From Bacteroidales bacterium (lineage in GTDB: Bacteria > Bacteroidota > Bacteroidia > Bacteroidales > P3), in NCBI GenBank assembly GCA_031262295.1, contig JAISIA010000024.1, positions 10,659 to 74,658 on the forward strand: 64,000 nt of DNA, read 5' to 3'. Under the pieces are notes generated by a model. It was given only the letters and a program-made list of their open reading frames with translations. It ran no database searches and was not told the DNA's origin. This document shows, in pieces, positions 47,884 to 58,058 of the stretch. Each line of letters begins with the position of its first letter. The stretch's first letter is position 1. A program made the position numbers and the translations under genes.

Positions 47884-49026
47884 ATGGGACTTAAAGCAGT
47901 TAGATTGTTAAGTGAAACAATAATTGTATTGGCAACTATAATAATGGCGGGCGTCAGCATTTATGCATCTCAGGCTCGCTTTTTTAATCCGCACCAGCAT
48001 GCATTTATTTCACTAATGGCTTTGTTTGCAATAGCAGTTGTTGCAATTAATGTATTCTTGGCTTTTTATTGGGCATCTAAGTTAAGAGCGTGGTTCTTTG
48101 TATCACTTGCAACCATTCTCCTATTCATTCCTTATCTATCCACAATGATTCAAATATCATTTAAAACGCCTCCTTCTTATGATGATAAGGATTTTAGCGT
48201 TGTTTCATACAATGTAAAGAGCTTTACATACAAGAATGATTACAAAACATCTTTGAATTACATAGCTTTTGGCATTTCTCAGAAACAACCCGATATTGTT
48301 TGTTTCCAAGAATTTTTCTTAGGAATAGATGCCAAGTTAGAAGAAATACCTAATCGTCAAAATATATTAGATAGTATTGCACACTTTTTAGGTATGCCTT
48401 ATTATGCATTAGGCAAAAATGGCTATGGAGTATCGGATTTGGCAATATTTAGTAAGTTTCCAATAACTAAGACTTCCTCTCATATATACGAAAATACTCA
48501 CAATGGGTCTATGTCTTGCGATATTAATGTTAGGGGAAAGATGATAAGGGTTATAAATTGTCACCTACAAACCACTAATATAAATCAACGAAGGGGTGAG
48601 ATTGCAAAACTAAAAGATATAACTCGTCCAAGAGTTTTTGCTCAGGCTTTACAAAACCTATATGAAACTATGAGTAAAAACTCCATACGTAGAGCAGCAC
48701 AGGCTGCATACGTAAATAACTTCACCAAAGATCCAGATATTCCAACAATTGTTTGCGGAGACTTAAATGAAACTCCTTCTTCCTTTGTTTATAAACAAGT
48801 AAAGGGTGATTTAGCAGATGGATTTAAAGAAGCTGGAAGAGGATTTGGAGCAACATACAAGAAGATGTTTGGCATAATAAGGACGGATTATATATTTAAT
48901 TCTTCCGATTTGCAATGTGTAAATTATGTAAAAGAAGATTTGGATTATTCAGACCATATTCCAATATTTGGTTTTTATAAGTTCAAAGAAGAAAATAAGG
49001 AATTAACTTCTTTAATAGGATATTAA
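47884..49026 (+). CDS. membrane-anchored endonuclease/exonuclease/phosphatase (EEP) family protein
   Basis: 380 aa with 3 N-terminal TM helices. Motifs VVSYNV, CFQEF, GDLNETP and SDHIP. A TACCTTTG box lies at 47843-47850. Confidence 0.75.
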   Translation: MGLKAVRLLSETIIVLATIIMAGVSIYASQARFFNPHQHAFISLMALFAIAVVAINVFLAFYWASKLRAWFFVSLATILLFIPYLSTMIQISFKTPPSYDDKDFSVVSYNVKSFTYKNDYKTSLNYIAFGISQKQPDIVCFQEFFLGIDAKLEEIPNRQNILDSIAHFLGMPYYALGKNGYGVSDLAIFSKFPITKTSSHIYENTHNGSMSCDINVRGKMIRVINCHLQTTNINQRRGEIAKLKDITRPRVFAQALQNLYETMSKNSIRRAAQAAYVNNFTKDPDIPTIVCGDLNETPSSFVYKQVKGDLADGFKEAGRGFGATYKKMFGIIRTDYIFNSSDLQCVNYVKEDLDYSDHIPIFGFYKFKEENKELTSLIGY

Positions 49027-49029
49027 AAT

Positions 49030-49404
49030 ATGAAAAAGATTCTTATTCTTGATGACAAAGAAAGTATAGCCAAGATATTATTTATGTATCTTGGTAAGGA
49101 AAACAACACTATTTGGTTTGATAATGCGAAAAAAGGTCTTGATTGGTTGAATGAAGGACATAGACCTGATTTAATAATAACAGATCTTTCTATGCCTTTT
49201 ATGAATGGTGTTGAATTTGTTGAAGCAATTAAAGCTAACGAGCACTATAAGGATATAAAGATTATTGTTCTTTCATCAAATGATTCCACAACTGAAAAAA
49301 TACATTTGTTGGAATTAGGGGTTGAGGACTACATTACAAAACCTTTTAATCCAATAGAACTAAGAACAAGAGTAAAAAACATTTTAGAGAAAATAAAAAA
49401 TTAA
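49030..49404 (+). CDS. stand-alone response regulator receiver protein
   Basis: 124 aa. Motif ILILDD...DLIITDLSMPFMNG...KPF. Confidence 0.85.
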   Translation: MKKILILDDKESIAKILFMYLGKENNTIWFDNAKKGLDWLNEGHRPDLIITDLSMPFMNGVEFVEAIKANEHYKDIKIIVLSSNDSTTEKIHLLELGVEDYITKPFNPIELRTRVKNILEKIKN

Positions 49405-49416
49405 ACCATACTTAAT

Positions 49417-50277
49417 ATGGGCAACGAAAACTATTTTAAATTATTTCATCTGCCTTTATGGAAAAGGATATTTGATATAGTGTTTTCTATTTTCGCTATA
49501 ATTATATTGAGTCCTATATTTATAGGGTTTGCTTTGGCTATTTATTTTGAAGATAGAGGAAATATATTTTATTCTCAAAAACGAGCAGGGAGTAATTTTA
49601 AGGTTTTTAATTTCTATAAATTCCGTTCAATGTATATGGATGCTGATAAACGATTGGAAGACTTCGCTGCATTAAATCAGTATCAGGTGACAGATATGGA
49701 GAAGCAGGATTTTGAATTGAAGAATATTTCTTTCTCAGATAATGGTATAATTATAGATAATAGTGCTCTTATTGACGATGACGTTATTATCAATGATAAG
49801 GATGTACTAATTGATGGGCAGATGATAAATGATGATGATTTGCTTTTTGGTGATGATTATTCTGTTGTAGCTGATGATTGGGGACTTTCTCAAAAGAGTA
49901 AAAAAGAGAATAGTTTTAAGAAAATTGAAGGAGACCCAAGAGTTACTAAGGTTGGAAGAATACTAAGAAAATATAGTATTGATGAGTTGCCTCAATTATT
50001 TAATATATTAAAAGGAGATATGTCGGTTGTTGGAAATCGTCCTATACCTTTATATGAAGCAGAACTACTAACAGATGATGAATCTGTTGATCGTTTCTTT
50101 GCTCCTGCTGGATTAACAGGATTATGGCAGGTAGAAAAAAGAGGTGATTCGGGAAAATTATCAGCAGAAGAAAGAAAAAAATTAGACATTGAGTATGCTC
50201 ATAATTTTAGCTTTTGGTTAGATTTAAAAATTATATTTAAAACATTTACTGCATTTATTCAAAAAGGGAATGTATAA
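49417..50277 (+). CDS. polyprenyl-phosphate sugar transferase (bacterial sugar transferase family) with acidic insertion
   Basis: 286 aa. Motifs KRIFDIVFS, FYKFRSM, GDPRVTKVGRILRKYSIDELPQLFNILKGDMSVVGNRP. About 75 extra D/I/N-rich residues lie between FRSM and DPR. Confidence 0.8.
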   Translation: MGNENYFKLFHLPLWKRIFDIVFSIFAIIILSPIFIGFALAIYFEDRGNIFYSQKRAGSNFKVFNFYKFRSMYMDADKRLEDFAALNQYQVTDMEKQDFELKNISFSDNGIIIDNSALIDDDVIINDKDVLIDGQMINDDDLLFGDDYSVVADDWGLSQKSKKENSFKKIEGDPRVTKVGRILRKYSIDELPQLFNILKGDMSVVGNRPIPLYEAELLTDDESVDRFFAPAGLTGLWQVEKRGDSGKLSAEERKKLDIEYAHNFSFWLDLKIIFKTFTAFIQKGNV

Positions 50278-50293
50278 ACAAAATGAAAAATTT

Positions 50294-51058
50294 ATGAAAC
50301 TGAAACATTTTATTTTTATTGCTTTTACCTTTCTTTCTTTTAGCTCATTATTTGCTCAAGAAGAACAAAGTAATAATTTCAATTATCAAATTACAGGAGG
50401 AGATTACTCCTCTTTAATCCTACCTCCTTTAGACACCTTGCTTGCACGTTTGGATAGTAATCCTCAAACCTTATATTATGATTATAGAATAGAAGAGGAA
50501 CGTAAAAATTTATCAATGGAAAATAAAACATGGTTAAGTTTTTTTAGAGTAAATGCTGCTTATCAGTATGGATATTTAGGAGGAGAATCTTTTATTAATA
50601 ATGATAATCTTATTCTTGGAGGTATATATCAAACACAAGAACAGGCTCAGAATTATTTTTATGTTGGAGCAAGTTTTTCTATGCCATTAGATATTCTTTT
50701 TTCTTTGGGAAATAGAAGTACAAAAGGAAAAGCAAGAGTGGCTCAGGCAACCTTTCAAAGAGATGCATCAATAGAAAATCAAAAAACAGTCGTAATAGAG
50801 TATTATGCCGTTGCCCAACGTTCATTAAATATGTTAAAAAGGCGTTTAGAAGCTAAGAAATTAGCTTTAATAGAACTCGGTATAGCAGAAGAGAATTTCA
50901 AAAATGGAAAAATATCTATGACAGAATTAAGTTCATTAAAGCATTCTGAAAGTGTCGCCGATGTTGAATATGAAACAACAATATCAGATTTAAATATAGC
51001 ATTAAAAAGACTTGAAGTTATTTGCAATTATAAATTTACAATAAAAAATAAAAGATAA
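50294..51058 (+). CDS. secreted protein, possibly half-size TolC/OEP-like outer-membrane component
   Basis: Start trimmed to MKLKHFIFIAFTFLSFSSLFAQ (ATG 50294). Coiled-coil-like C-terminal half. The family call is weak. Confidence 0.4.
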   Translation: MKLKHFIFIAFTFLSFSSLFAQEEQSNNFNYQITGGDYSSLILPPLDTLLARLDSNPQTLYYDYRIEEERKNLSMENKTWLSFFRVNAAYQYGYLGGESFINNDNLILGGIYQTQEQAQNYFYVGASFSMPLDILFSLGNRSTKGKARVAQATFQRDASIENQKTVVIEYYAVAQRSLNMLKRRLEAKKLALIELGIAEENFKNGKISMTELSSLKHSESVADVEYETTISDLNIALKRLEVICNYKFTIKNKR

Positions 51059-51064
51059 AACAAA

Positions 51065-53215
51065 ATGAGAATACTACAATACATAGCCAAAGTTGCATTT
51101 AAAAGAAAATGGTATTTAATTATCATACCTATTATTGCTGCCATAATTGCGGCATTATCTGTTCAAGAAAAAGAAAACCAATATGTGGTTACTTCAACTA
51201 TATTTACAGGATTTGGTTCAAGTTATTCTATAGAGTCTGATGGGACTGCTATGTACGACAAATCAGGTGTTGAAAATTCAATAGAAAACCTTATAAATAT
51301 AATAAAGGCTACTACAACATTAGAAAGGGTTTCTTTAAGATTATATGCCGAACACATGATGTATGGAGATTCTTTAAATGATAATAATTACATTCAAAAA
51401 AATCACTACACTCCTGTATTTAATATGACACCTAAAAATATTAGAACTTTAATTGATAAGAAATCTATTTCAAATACAGTAAGTAATCTACGAGCATATT
51501 CCAAACCTTCACCAAATAACTTTGTCTATGGTCTTTTCAATTGGAACCATCCCTATTATTCCTACAAAACATTAAGCAAAATACTTGTAACTCGTTTAGG
51601 AAATAGTGATATGATGGAAATATCTTTTACAAGTAATGACCCTGGTATTGCATATAATACTGTAAAGATTTTAAATGACGAATTTCAAAATGAATATTTT
51701 GAAATGAAGTTTGGAGAAACAGATAGTGTAATTGCATATTTTCGTTCTGAATTATTAAAAGCTGGGGAACGTTTAAAATTAGGTGAAGATGAATTAACTA
51801 AATATAATGTTGATAATAGAATTATAAACTATGAAGAACAAACAACTCAGGTAGCATACGAAGGAAGAGAAATAAATATTGCATATACTAATTTAAAGAT
51901 GGATTTTCAAAGTTCAAAGGCTTCTTTGGATGAAATAGAAAATAGAATGGATATAAATCTTAGATTGCTAAAAAGTAATGCTAAGTTCATACAATACTTT
52001 GATAATATAACACAGTTGAATTACGATATTACATCTTTGGAATCAATTCATGCAGATTCTTCAAACTACTCTGAAGAATTATACACATACAGAAATCAAT
52101 TAAGAGAAGAAGAAAATAAATTAAATGATTTGGTTCAAGAATATTCTGCTCAAAGTTATTCCAAAGAAGGGTTATCTGTTAATAATATAATAAATGAATG
52201 GTTTAACCAGTTACTTACTAATGTAAAAACAGAAGCTAAATTAAAAGTTATGGAAGATAGAATGGATGAATTAAATAGGGAATATGCAAGATATTCTCCT
52301 GTTGGTTCAACCATTAAAAGATATGAAAGAGAAATTGGTTTTCATGAAAGCACATACCTAAATTATTTACACAACTTAAATACTGCCTTAATGCGAAGAA
52401 AGAATTTGCAGATGACAGAATCAACTTTAAGAATTATCAATCCTCCTATATTTCCACTAAATGCTCTACCTTCAACAAAAAAACTTATAGTTTTAGGTGT
52501 TCTCTTTGGCACCTTACTATTTATTATGATATGGTTTACTATATTAGAACTTATAGATAGAACTCCAAAAAATCAATTGAAGGGAGAATTATTAACAGGT
52601 AAATCTATAAGTGGAGCTTTTCCTTTTAAGCTAACAGGAAAATATAGAAGGTATAGAAGAGATATTACAGACATTTCAAATAATTTTCTTTTTAATAATA
52701 TAGTAAATAAGTTTGATAATTCAAAGAAACTTAACATTGTAAATGTTCTAAGCACAGAATCCTCAGATGGAAAATCTTTCTTGGCTGAAAATATATATGA
52801 ATTGTTAAATGAAAAGGGTATTAAAACTAAATTTATATCACATAATACAGATTTTGATGCACAAGGTAGTCAATATTTATTGGCAAATACCCTATCTGAC
52901 TTTTGTGATATAGCAGATATGCAAGTAGTCATTGTAGAATACCCTCCATTAAAAGATGGTTCAATACCAACTAATCTTACAAAAGAAGCATCTGTTAATT
53001 TATTTATAGCAAATGCTAAGAAGGCTTGGAAATATTCAGATCAAATGTTTTTAGATAAATTATTGGCTCAATGTGAAGAAAAAACATTGATGATTTATTT
53101 GAATAATTGTTCTGTTGATGCAGTAGAAGAATTTGTAGGTTTATTACCTCCTTATAGTTTCTTAAGAAAATTATTCTTTAAGAAAATATTAGAAATGGAA
53201 ATAAGAACAAAATAA
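51065..53215 (+). CDS. polysaccharide chain-length determinant (Wzz/GumC-type) with degenerate BY-kinase-like domain
   Basis: 716 aa. N-terminal TM helix, long coiled-coil periplasmic region and a second TM helix. The C-terminal P-loop remnant is STESSDGKSF, and no C-terminal Tyr cluster is present. Confidence 0.65.
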   Translation: MRILQYIAKVAFKRKWYLIIIPIIAAIIAALSVQEKENQYVVTSTIFTGFGSSYSIESDGTAMYDKSGVENSIENLINIIKATTTLERVSLRLYAEHMMYGDSLNDNNYIQKNHYTPVFNMTPKNIRTLIDKKSISNTVSNLRAYSKPSPNNFVYGLFNWNHPYYSYKTLSKILVTRLGNSDMMEISFTSNDPGIAYNTVKILNDEFQNEYFEMKFGETDSVIAYFRSELLKAGERLKLGEDELTKYNVDNRIINYEEQTTQVAYEGREINIAYTNLKMDFQSSKASLDEIENRMDINLRLLKSNAKFIQYFDNITQLNYDITSLESIHADSSNYSEELYTYRNQLREEENKLNDLVQEYSAQSYSKEGLSVNNIINEWFNQLLTNVKTEAKLKVMEDRMDELNREYARYSPVGSTIKRYEREIGFHESTYLNYLHNLNTALMRRKNLQMTESTLRIINPPIFPLNALPSTKKLIVLGVLFGTLLFIMIWFTILELIDRTPKNQLKGELLTGKSISGAFPFKLTGKYRRYRRDITDISNNFLFNNIVNKFDNSKKLNIVNVLSTESSDGKSFLAENIYELLNEKGIKTKFISHNTDFDAQGSQYLLANTLSDFCDIADMQVVIVEYPPLKDGSIPTNLTKEASVNLFIANAKKAWKYSDQMFLDKLLAQCEEKTLMIYLNNCSVDAVEEFVGLLPPYSFLRKLFFKKILEMEIRTK

Positions 53216-53221
53216 TTAGTA

Positions 53222-54697
53222 ATGCAAAATATTAGCAGACCCTTTTCTCATATCCTGCAAGCAGCAATATTAGTAATAACTTCCTTAGTTATTATGTATG
53301 TTGCTATGAGAATGGATTGGGTATTTGGAATTGTTATCGGTGCTCTGCCATTAGCTATTTTAACCTTTTTATTTCTATTAACAAAAACCTATTGGTTATT
53401 TATTGCGATATTCATCATCAATTATTATATTATGGGAATATCAAGATATGTGGAAGGTTTGCAGGGAGGGATAATAATGGACCTTACAATTGGATGCACA
53501 TTTATTTCTTTACTTATATGCGGATTTCAAAAGGATCAAGTTGTTTCTTGGAAAAGAGCAGCAACTCCACTAACCTTATTAACCTTTGCTTGGTTAGTAT
53601 ATGTATTTGCTGCCTTTTTTAATCCTGAACAAAAAGCAGCACCTCTTGGCTCGCAAGCTTGGATGGTTGGAGCAAGAGGCTTTGCAATTTACTTTTTTGT
53701 AATATCTGTATTAGCTCAGGCTGTTATTACAAAATATAAACAGATGAAAATCCTAATTTTTATCTGGTCTATTTTAACAATAACTGCTGTTGTAAAAGCT
53801 CTATGGCAGGAATATGTTGGTTGGGATGCAGCTGAATCATATTGGTTATTTGCAAAAGGAGGAGCAACAACACATATAATTTTCTCAGGAACTCGATACT
53901 TTTCTTTTTTTACTGATGCTGCCAATTTTGGTTGTAGTATGGCTTTTTCTCTTGTTGTTTTTGCAATTGCAGGATTGGGAGAAAAGAATATACCTTTAAA
54001 AATATATTATTGGGCAATTGCAGGACTTGCAACTTATGGTATGCTTTCCTCAGGAACACGTGTTGCTATTGCAATTCCTTTTGTTGGCGTCTTTTGCTTA
54101 ATTGTATTTAGCAAACAATTTAGTAAGATTTTAATCTTTTCAATACTCTTTGCATTTGTATTTGCATTTTTTAAATATACAACAATAGGAGAAGGATATG
54201 CTTTTATTCGTAGAACACGTACAGCCTTCAATGCAACAGAGGATGCTTCATTTAAAACTCGTTTAAGAAATCAAGCAAAGATGAAAACCTATTTAGCTAC
54301 ACGTCCTTTTGGAGTTGGTATTGGTCTTGGAGGAGGAAAAGCCTTAGAGTATAATCCCAAAGGATACATGTCTCAAATTCCAACAGATTCTTGGCTTGTT
54401 TTAATTTGGGTTGAAGCAGGTATAGTTGGATTATCTCTTTACATATTACTACTTCTTCTAATATTGGCTTTTGGAGCTTATACGATTATGTTTAGATTAA
54501 AAAACAAAGAACTCCGATTTTATATGATAGGACTCTTTGGAGCAATAGCAGGAATGGCTGTTGCCTCTTATGCCAATGAAATATTTGGACAATTTCCAAA
54601 TGGATTCATTGTCTATATTGGATTAGCTATGATATATGTTTCTCCTTATTTTGATAAGGAATTAGCAGAAAGAGAAAAAACAATTGAAAAAAAATAA
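53222..54697 (+). CDS. O-antigen ligase/polymerase-like (Wzy-type) membrane protein
   Basis: 491 aa, polytopic with at least 10 TM helices. Lies in a polysaccharide locus. Confidence 0.6.
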   Translation: MQNISRPFSHILQAAILVITSLVIMYVAMRMDWVFGIVIGALPLAILTFLFLLTKTYWLFIAIFIINYYIMGISRYVEGLQGGIIMDLTIGCTFISLLICGFQKDQVVSWKRAATPLTLLTFAWLVYVFAAFFNPEQKAAPLGSQAWMVGARGFAIYFFVISVLAQAVITKYKQMKILIFIWSILTITAVVKALWQEYVGWDAAESYWLFAKGGATTHIIFSGTRYFSFFTDAANFGCSMAFSLVVFAIAGLGEKNIPLKIYYWAIAGLATYGMLSSGTRVAIAIPFVGVFCLIVFSKQFSKILIFSILFAFVFAFFKYTTIGEGYAFIRRTRTAFNATEDASFKTRLRNQAKMKTYLATRPFGVGIGLGGGKALEYNPKGYMSQIPTDSWLVLIWVEAGIVGLSLYILLLLLILAFGAYTIMFRLKNKELRFYMIGLFGAIAGMAVASYANEIFGQFPNGFIVYIGLAMIYVSPYFDKELAEREKTIEKK

Positions 54698-54734
54698 AAT
54701 AAAAGTTTTAGAAAAAAAAATTAATTAAAAAGAC

Positions 54735-55634
54735 ATGGAAACACCTTTAATTTCTTTCATAACAGTTAATTTTAATGGGCTTGGAGACACCATTGAATTA
54801 ATTTTAAGTTTGAAAAAAAATATTAAGTCTTTTACTTATGAAATTATAGTTGTGGATAACGCTTCACGAATGGATGAAACAGCTGCCTTATCCCATTTAT
54901 GGGATGATGTTATATGTATTAGAAGCGATCATAATTTAGGTTTTGCAGGAGGTAATAATCTCGGTATAGATGTGGCAAGAGGTCAATACTTATTTTTTAT
55001 AAATAATGACACATATATATTAGAAGATAATCTAAAATACCTTATATATCGTCTAACAAGCGACCCTAATATAGGAGGAGTTAGTCCAAAACTTCTTTTT
55101 CATGAACCTTTCAACACAATACAATTTGCAGGATTTACTGAATTTACTCACTACACAGTTAGAAATGAAATTATAGGTTTCTGCCAACCAGATAACGGAC
55201 AATTTCAAAAAGCACATCCAACTCCTTATTTACATGGAGCAGCTATGGTTTTTAAAAGAGAAGTGATAGAAAAAGTAGGTAAGATGCCTGAGATCTTTTT
55301 CCTATATTATGAAGAAATGGATTGGTGTTCCAAAATTAAAAGAGCAGGTTATGAATTATGGTATGAACCTTTAAGTGTAATATACCATAAAGAAAGCCGT
55401 TCTACTGGAAAAGATAGTGCAATGAAAATATATTATCATACTCGTAATAGATTATTATTTGCATATAGAAATATAGACAGCAAAAAAGTAAGAATACTTT
55501 CTATGTGGTATCAACTATTATTAGCAAATACTTCTCATATTCTTAAATACTTTTTTAGAGGAAATTTCTCTGGAGCAAAAGCAATAATCTCTGGAGAATT
55601 AGATTTTTTATTTATTAGAAGAAAAACATTTTAA
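54735..55634 (+). CDS. glycosyltransferase family 2
   Basis: 299 aa. Motifs ISFITVNFNG, VVDNAS, GFAGGNN and NNDT. Confidence 0.8.
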   Translation: METPLISFITVNFNGLGDTIELILSLKKNIKSFTYEIIVVDNASRMDETAALSHLWDDVICIRSDHNLGFAGGNNLGIDVARGQYLFFINNDTYILEDNLKYLIYRLTSDPNIGGVSPKLLFHEPFNTIQFAGFTEFTHYTVRNEIIGFCQPDNGQFQKAHPTPYLHGAAMVFKREVIEKVGKMPEIFFLYYEEMDWCSKIKRAGYELWYEPLSVIYHKESRSTGKDSAMKIYYHTRNRLLFAYRNIDSKKVRILSMWYQLLLANTSHILKYFFRGNFSGAKAIISGELDFLFIRRKTF

Positions 55635-55636
55635 TT

Positions 55637-56815
55637 ATGACTATTCCATACGTTATTAATAATACTATACATATTATAGAGTCCATTATGTTTGTTATAA
55701 CAGCAATATCTGTTATATATCTTTTCTTTTTTGCTCTTTTTTCAATGAAGGAAAACCTTCCAAAAAATAGGGCAGCTAAGAAGAAAAACAAATTTTTAGT
55801 ATTATTTCCCTCCTATAATGAAGATAGGGTAATTATAGATTCTATAAGGGAATTTATGAAACAAGATTATCCAAGGGAATTGTATGATGTTTTAACAATA
55901 TCAGACCACATGACTGAAAAGACCGATGAGGCTATAAAACTCTTAGGTTCAGAATTGGTTGTTGCAACATACGAAAATAGCACAAAGGCTAAGGCTTTGA
56001 ATCTTGCAATAGAATATGTGGGAGATAGAGAATATGATGTTGTTGTTATTTTAGATGCAGACAATTGGGTTGATACTAATTTCTTGGATGAATTAAATAA
56101 TGCCTATTATTCAGGTTCAAAAGCCATACAAGCACATCGTATTGCTAAAAATCGTGATACAGGAATGGCACTTTTGGATGCAGTAAGTGAAGAAATAAAT
56201 AATTCAATTTTCAGAAGAGGACACGTAAGAGTTGGTATGTCTTCTGCATTGATTGGCTCAGGAATGGCTTTCGATTATAAGTGGTTTAAACAAAATGTAA
56301 AGTATGTAAAAACTGCAGCAGAGGATAAAGAAATTGAAGTTCTACTTCTAAAAGAAGGTATTTACATTGATTTTCTTAATGACGTATTTGTTTATGACGA
56401 AAAGGTTAAAAACGAAGCTGTATTTGCAAAACAAAGAAGACGTTGGATGGCTGCACAAGTTGATACCTTAATAACATCTATGAGAGATTTTCCAAAAGCA
56501 GTTGCACAGGGAAATTGGGATTATGCAGATAAACTTTTCCAATGGATGATGCTTCCAAGAGTTATGGTTATGGGATTCTCTCTTTTATTTGCAATTGGAA
56601 TGCTTTTTATTGATTGGGTTTGGTCAATAAAATGGTGGATAATATTCATCGTTTTGGTCTATTCATTCGCTATGGCAATACCCGACTTCTTAGTTGATGA
56701 AAAACTAAAAAGAACAGTTAGAAAACTACCTTTGGTATTCCTAATTATGTTTGTAAATATTTTTAGGATAAGAAATGCAAATAAGAAATATCTTCACACA
56801 GAAAAAGGAGTATAG
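55637..56815 (+). CDS. membrane-integrated processive GT2 synthase-like glycosyltransferase
   Basis: 392 aa. Motifs PSYNED and ILDADN, QxxRW motif (KQRRRW), with TM helices at both ends. Confidence 0.7.
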   Translation: MTIPYVINNTIHIIESIMFVITAISVIYLFFFALFSMKENLPKNRAAKKKNKFLVLFPSYNEDRVIIDSIREFMKQDYPRELYDVLTISDHMTEKTDEAIKLLGSELVVATYENSTKAKALNLAIEYVGDREYDVVVILDADNWVDTNFLDELNNAYYSGSKAIQAHRIAKNRDTGMALLDAVSEEINNSIFRRGHVRVGMSSALIGSGMAFDYKWFKQNVKYVKTAAEDKEIEVLLLKEGIYIDFLNDVFVYDEKVKNEAVFAKQRRRWMAAQVDTLITSMRDFPKAVAQGNWDYADKLFQWMMLPRVMVMGFSLLFAIGMLFIDWVWSIKWWIIFIVLVYSFAMAIPDFLVDEKLKRTVRKLPLVFLIMFVNIFRIRNANKKYLHTEKGV

Positions 56816-57946
56816 ATGAAAATAGCAATTGAGGCTCAAAGGATATTTAGGACAAATAAGCACGGAATGGATTTCGTGGCTTTGGAAACTATACGCCAAA
56901 TCCAGAAATTGGATACAGAAAATGAATATCACATAATTGTTGCAAAAGGAGACGATGTTTGCTTAGAGGAAAGTAAGAATATGAAAATAATTGTTCTTTC
57001 TTCCTTTGGAGGTTATTTCGGTTGGGAACAATTAGTTCTTGCTAAAAAATTAAAAAAAATTAAGCCCGATATTCTTCATTGCACAAGCAATACTGCTCCC
57101 TATTTTATAAATACTAAATTAATTCTAACCCTTCACGATATTATTTTCTTGGAAAAAAGAGATAAGAAAAATCGTTCCATATATCAAAATCTTGGAAGGA
57201 TATATCGTAGGTTTATAGTGCCGAAAATCATCCCTAAGACTCAAAAAATAATAACTGTTTCTTTATACGAAAAAAACGTAATAAAGAATTTTTTAAACCT
57301 TAACGAAGAAAAAATTGTTGCAATATATAATGGATTTAGCAATCATTTTAATGTTAAGAAAAATCCTCAAACAATTTATAGGAAATACATAGATAATGAC
57401 AACTACATATTCTTCTTAGGTAATACCGATCCAAAGAAAAATACTCAAAGAACAATATCTGCTTACGCTCAATATTTGGAAAAAACTCCAAAACAAGAGG
57501 CTGCACATTTGCTTATTGCCGATTTGAAAGAAGAAATAATTGATCAAATACTAAGAGAAAGTAAGATTGAATGGATAAAACCTTTTATTCATGCCTCAGG
57601 ATATATTTCCAACAATGACCTTCCTTACATATACTCTGGTGCAAAAGCATTTTTATATACTTCTTTGAGGGAAAGTTTCGGCATACCTATATTAGAGTCT
57701 ATGGCATGTGGAACTCCTATAATCACATCCAACACTTCTGCTATTCCAGAAATAGCAGGAGAGGGTGCAATATTGGTAGATCCATTCATAATTGAGGATA
57801 TATCTTCTCAACTAATAAAAGTTATGGAAGATAAGGAGTATAGAGACAAACAAATCAAGTATGGATTTGAGAGAATAAAACTATTTTCTTGGGAAAATAC
57901 AGCAAAAGATTTGATGAAATTATATAATGAAGTTGGAAAAAGTTAA
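56816..57946 (+). CDS. glycosyltransferase family 4 (GT1-fold)
   Basis: 376 aa. C-terminal motif SLRESFGIPILESMACGTPIITSN. The ATG directly follows the upstream stop. Confidence 0.8.
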   Translation: MKIAIEAQRIFRTNKHGMDFVALETIRQIQKLDTENEYHIIVAKGDDVCLEESKNMKIIVLSSFGGYFGWEQLVLAKKLKKIKPDILHCTSNTAPYFINTKLILTLHDIIFLEKRDKKNRSIYQNLGRIYRRFIVPKIIPKTQKIITVSLYEKNVIKNFLNLNEEKIVAIYNGFSNHFNVKKNPQTIYRKYIDNDNYIFFLGNTDPKKNTQRTISAYAQYLEKTPKQEAAHLLIADLKEEIIDQILRESKIEWIKPFIHASGYISNNDLPYIYSGAKAFLYTSLRESFGIPILESMACGTPIITSNTSAIPEIAGEGAILVDPFIIEDISSQLIKVMEDKEYRDKQIKYGFERIKLFSWENTAKDLMKLYNEVGKS

Positions 57947-57985
57947 AAAACAATTAAAATTTTTCATCATTTCCAACAAAATTTG

Positions 57986-57993
57986 TACTTTTG
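57986..57993 (+). promoter_or_regulatory. -7 box upstream of the hybrid kinase gene
   Basis: TACTTTTG, 65 nt before ATG 58059. Confidence 0.4.
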
Positions 57994-58058
57994 TCTGTTC
58001 TTTTTAGTGGAAAAATCTCTACAAAAAGTATTTGTGAAAGTAAATATTAAACAGAATT

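Noticed and set aside
53317-53622. 101-aa alternative-frame ORF inside the O-antigen-ligase-like gene, plus other nested ORFs of 60-127 aa listed in the track (e.g. 45248..45631, 6552..6914, 8098..8367).
   Set aside because: All are fully contained within, or antisense to, longer ORFs with recognisable motifs. This is typical of AT-rich sequence.
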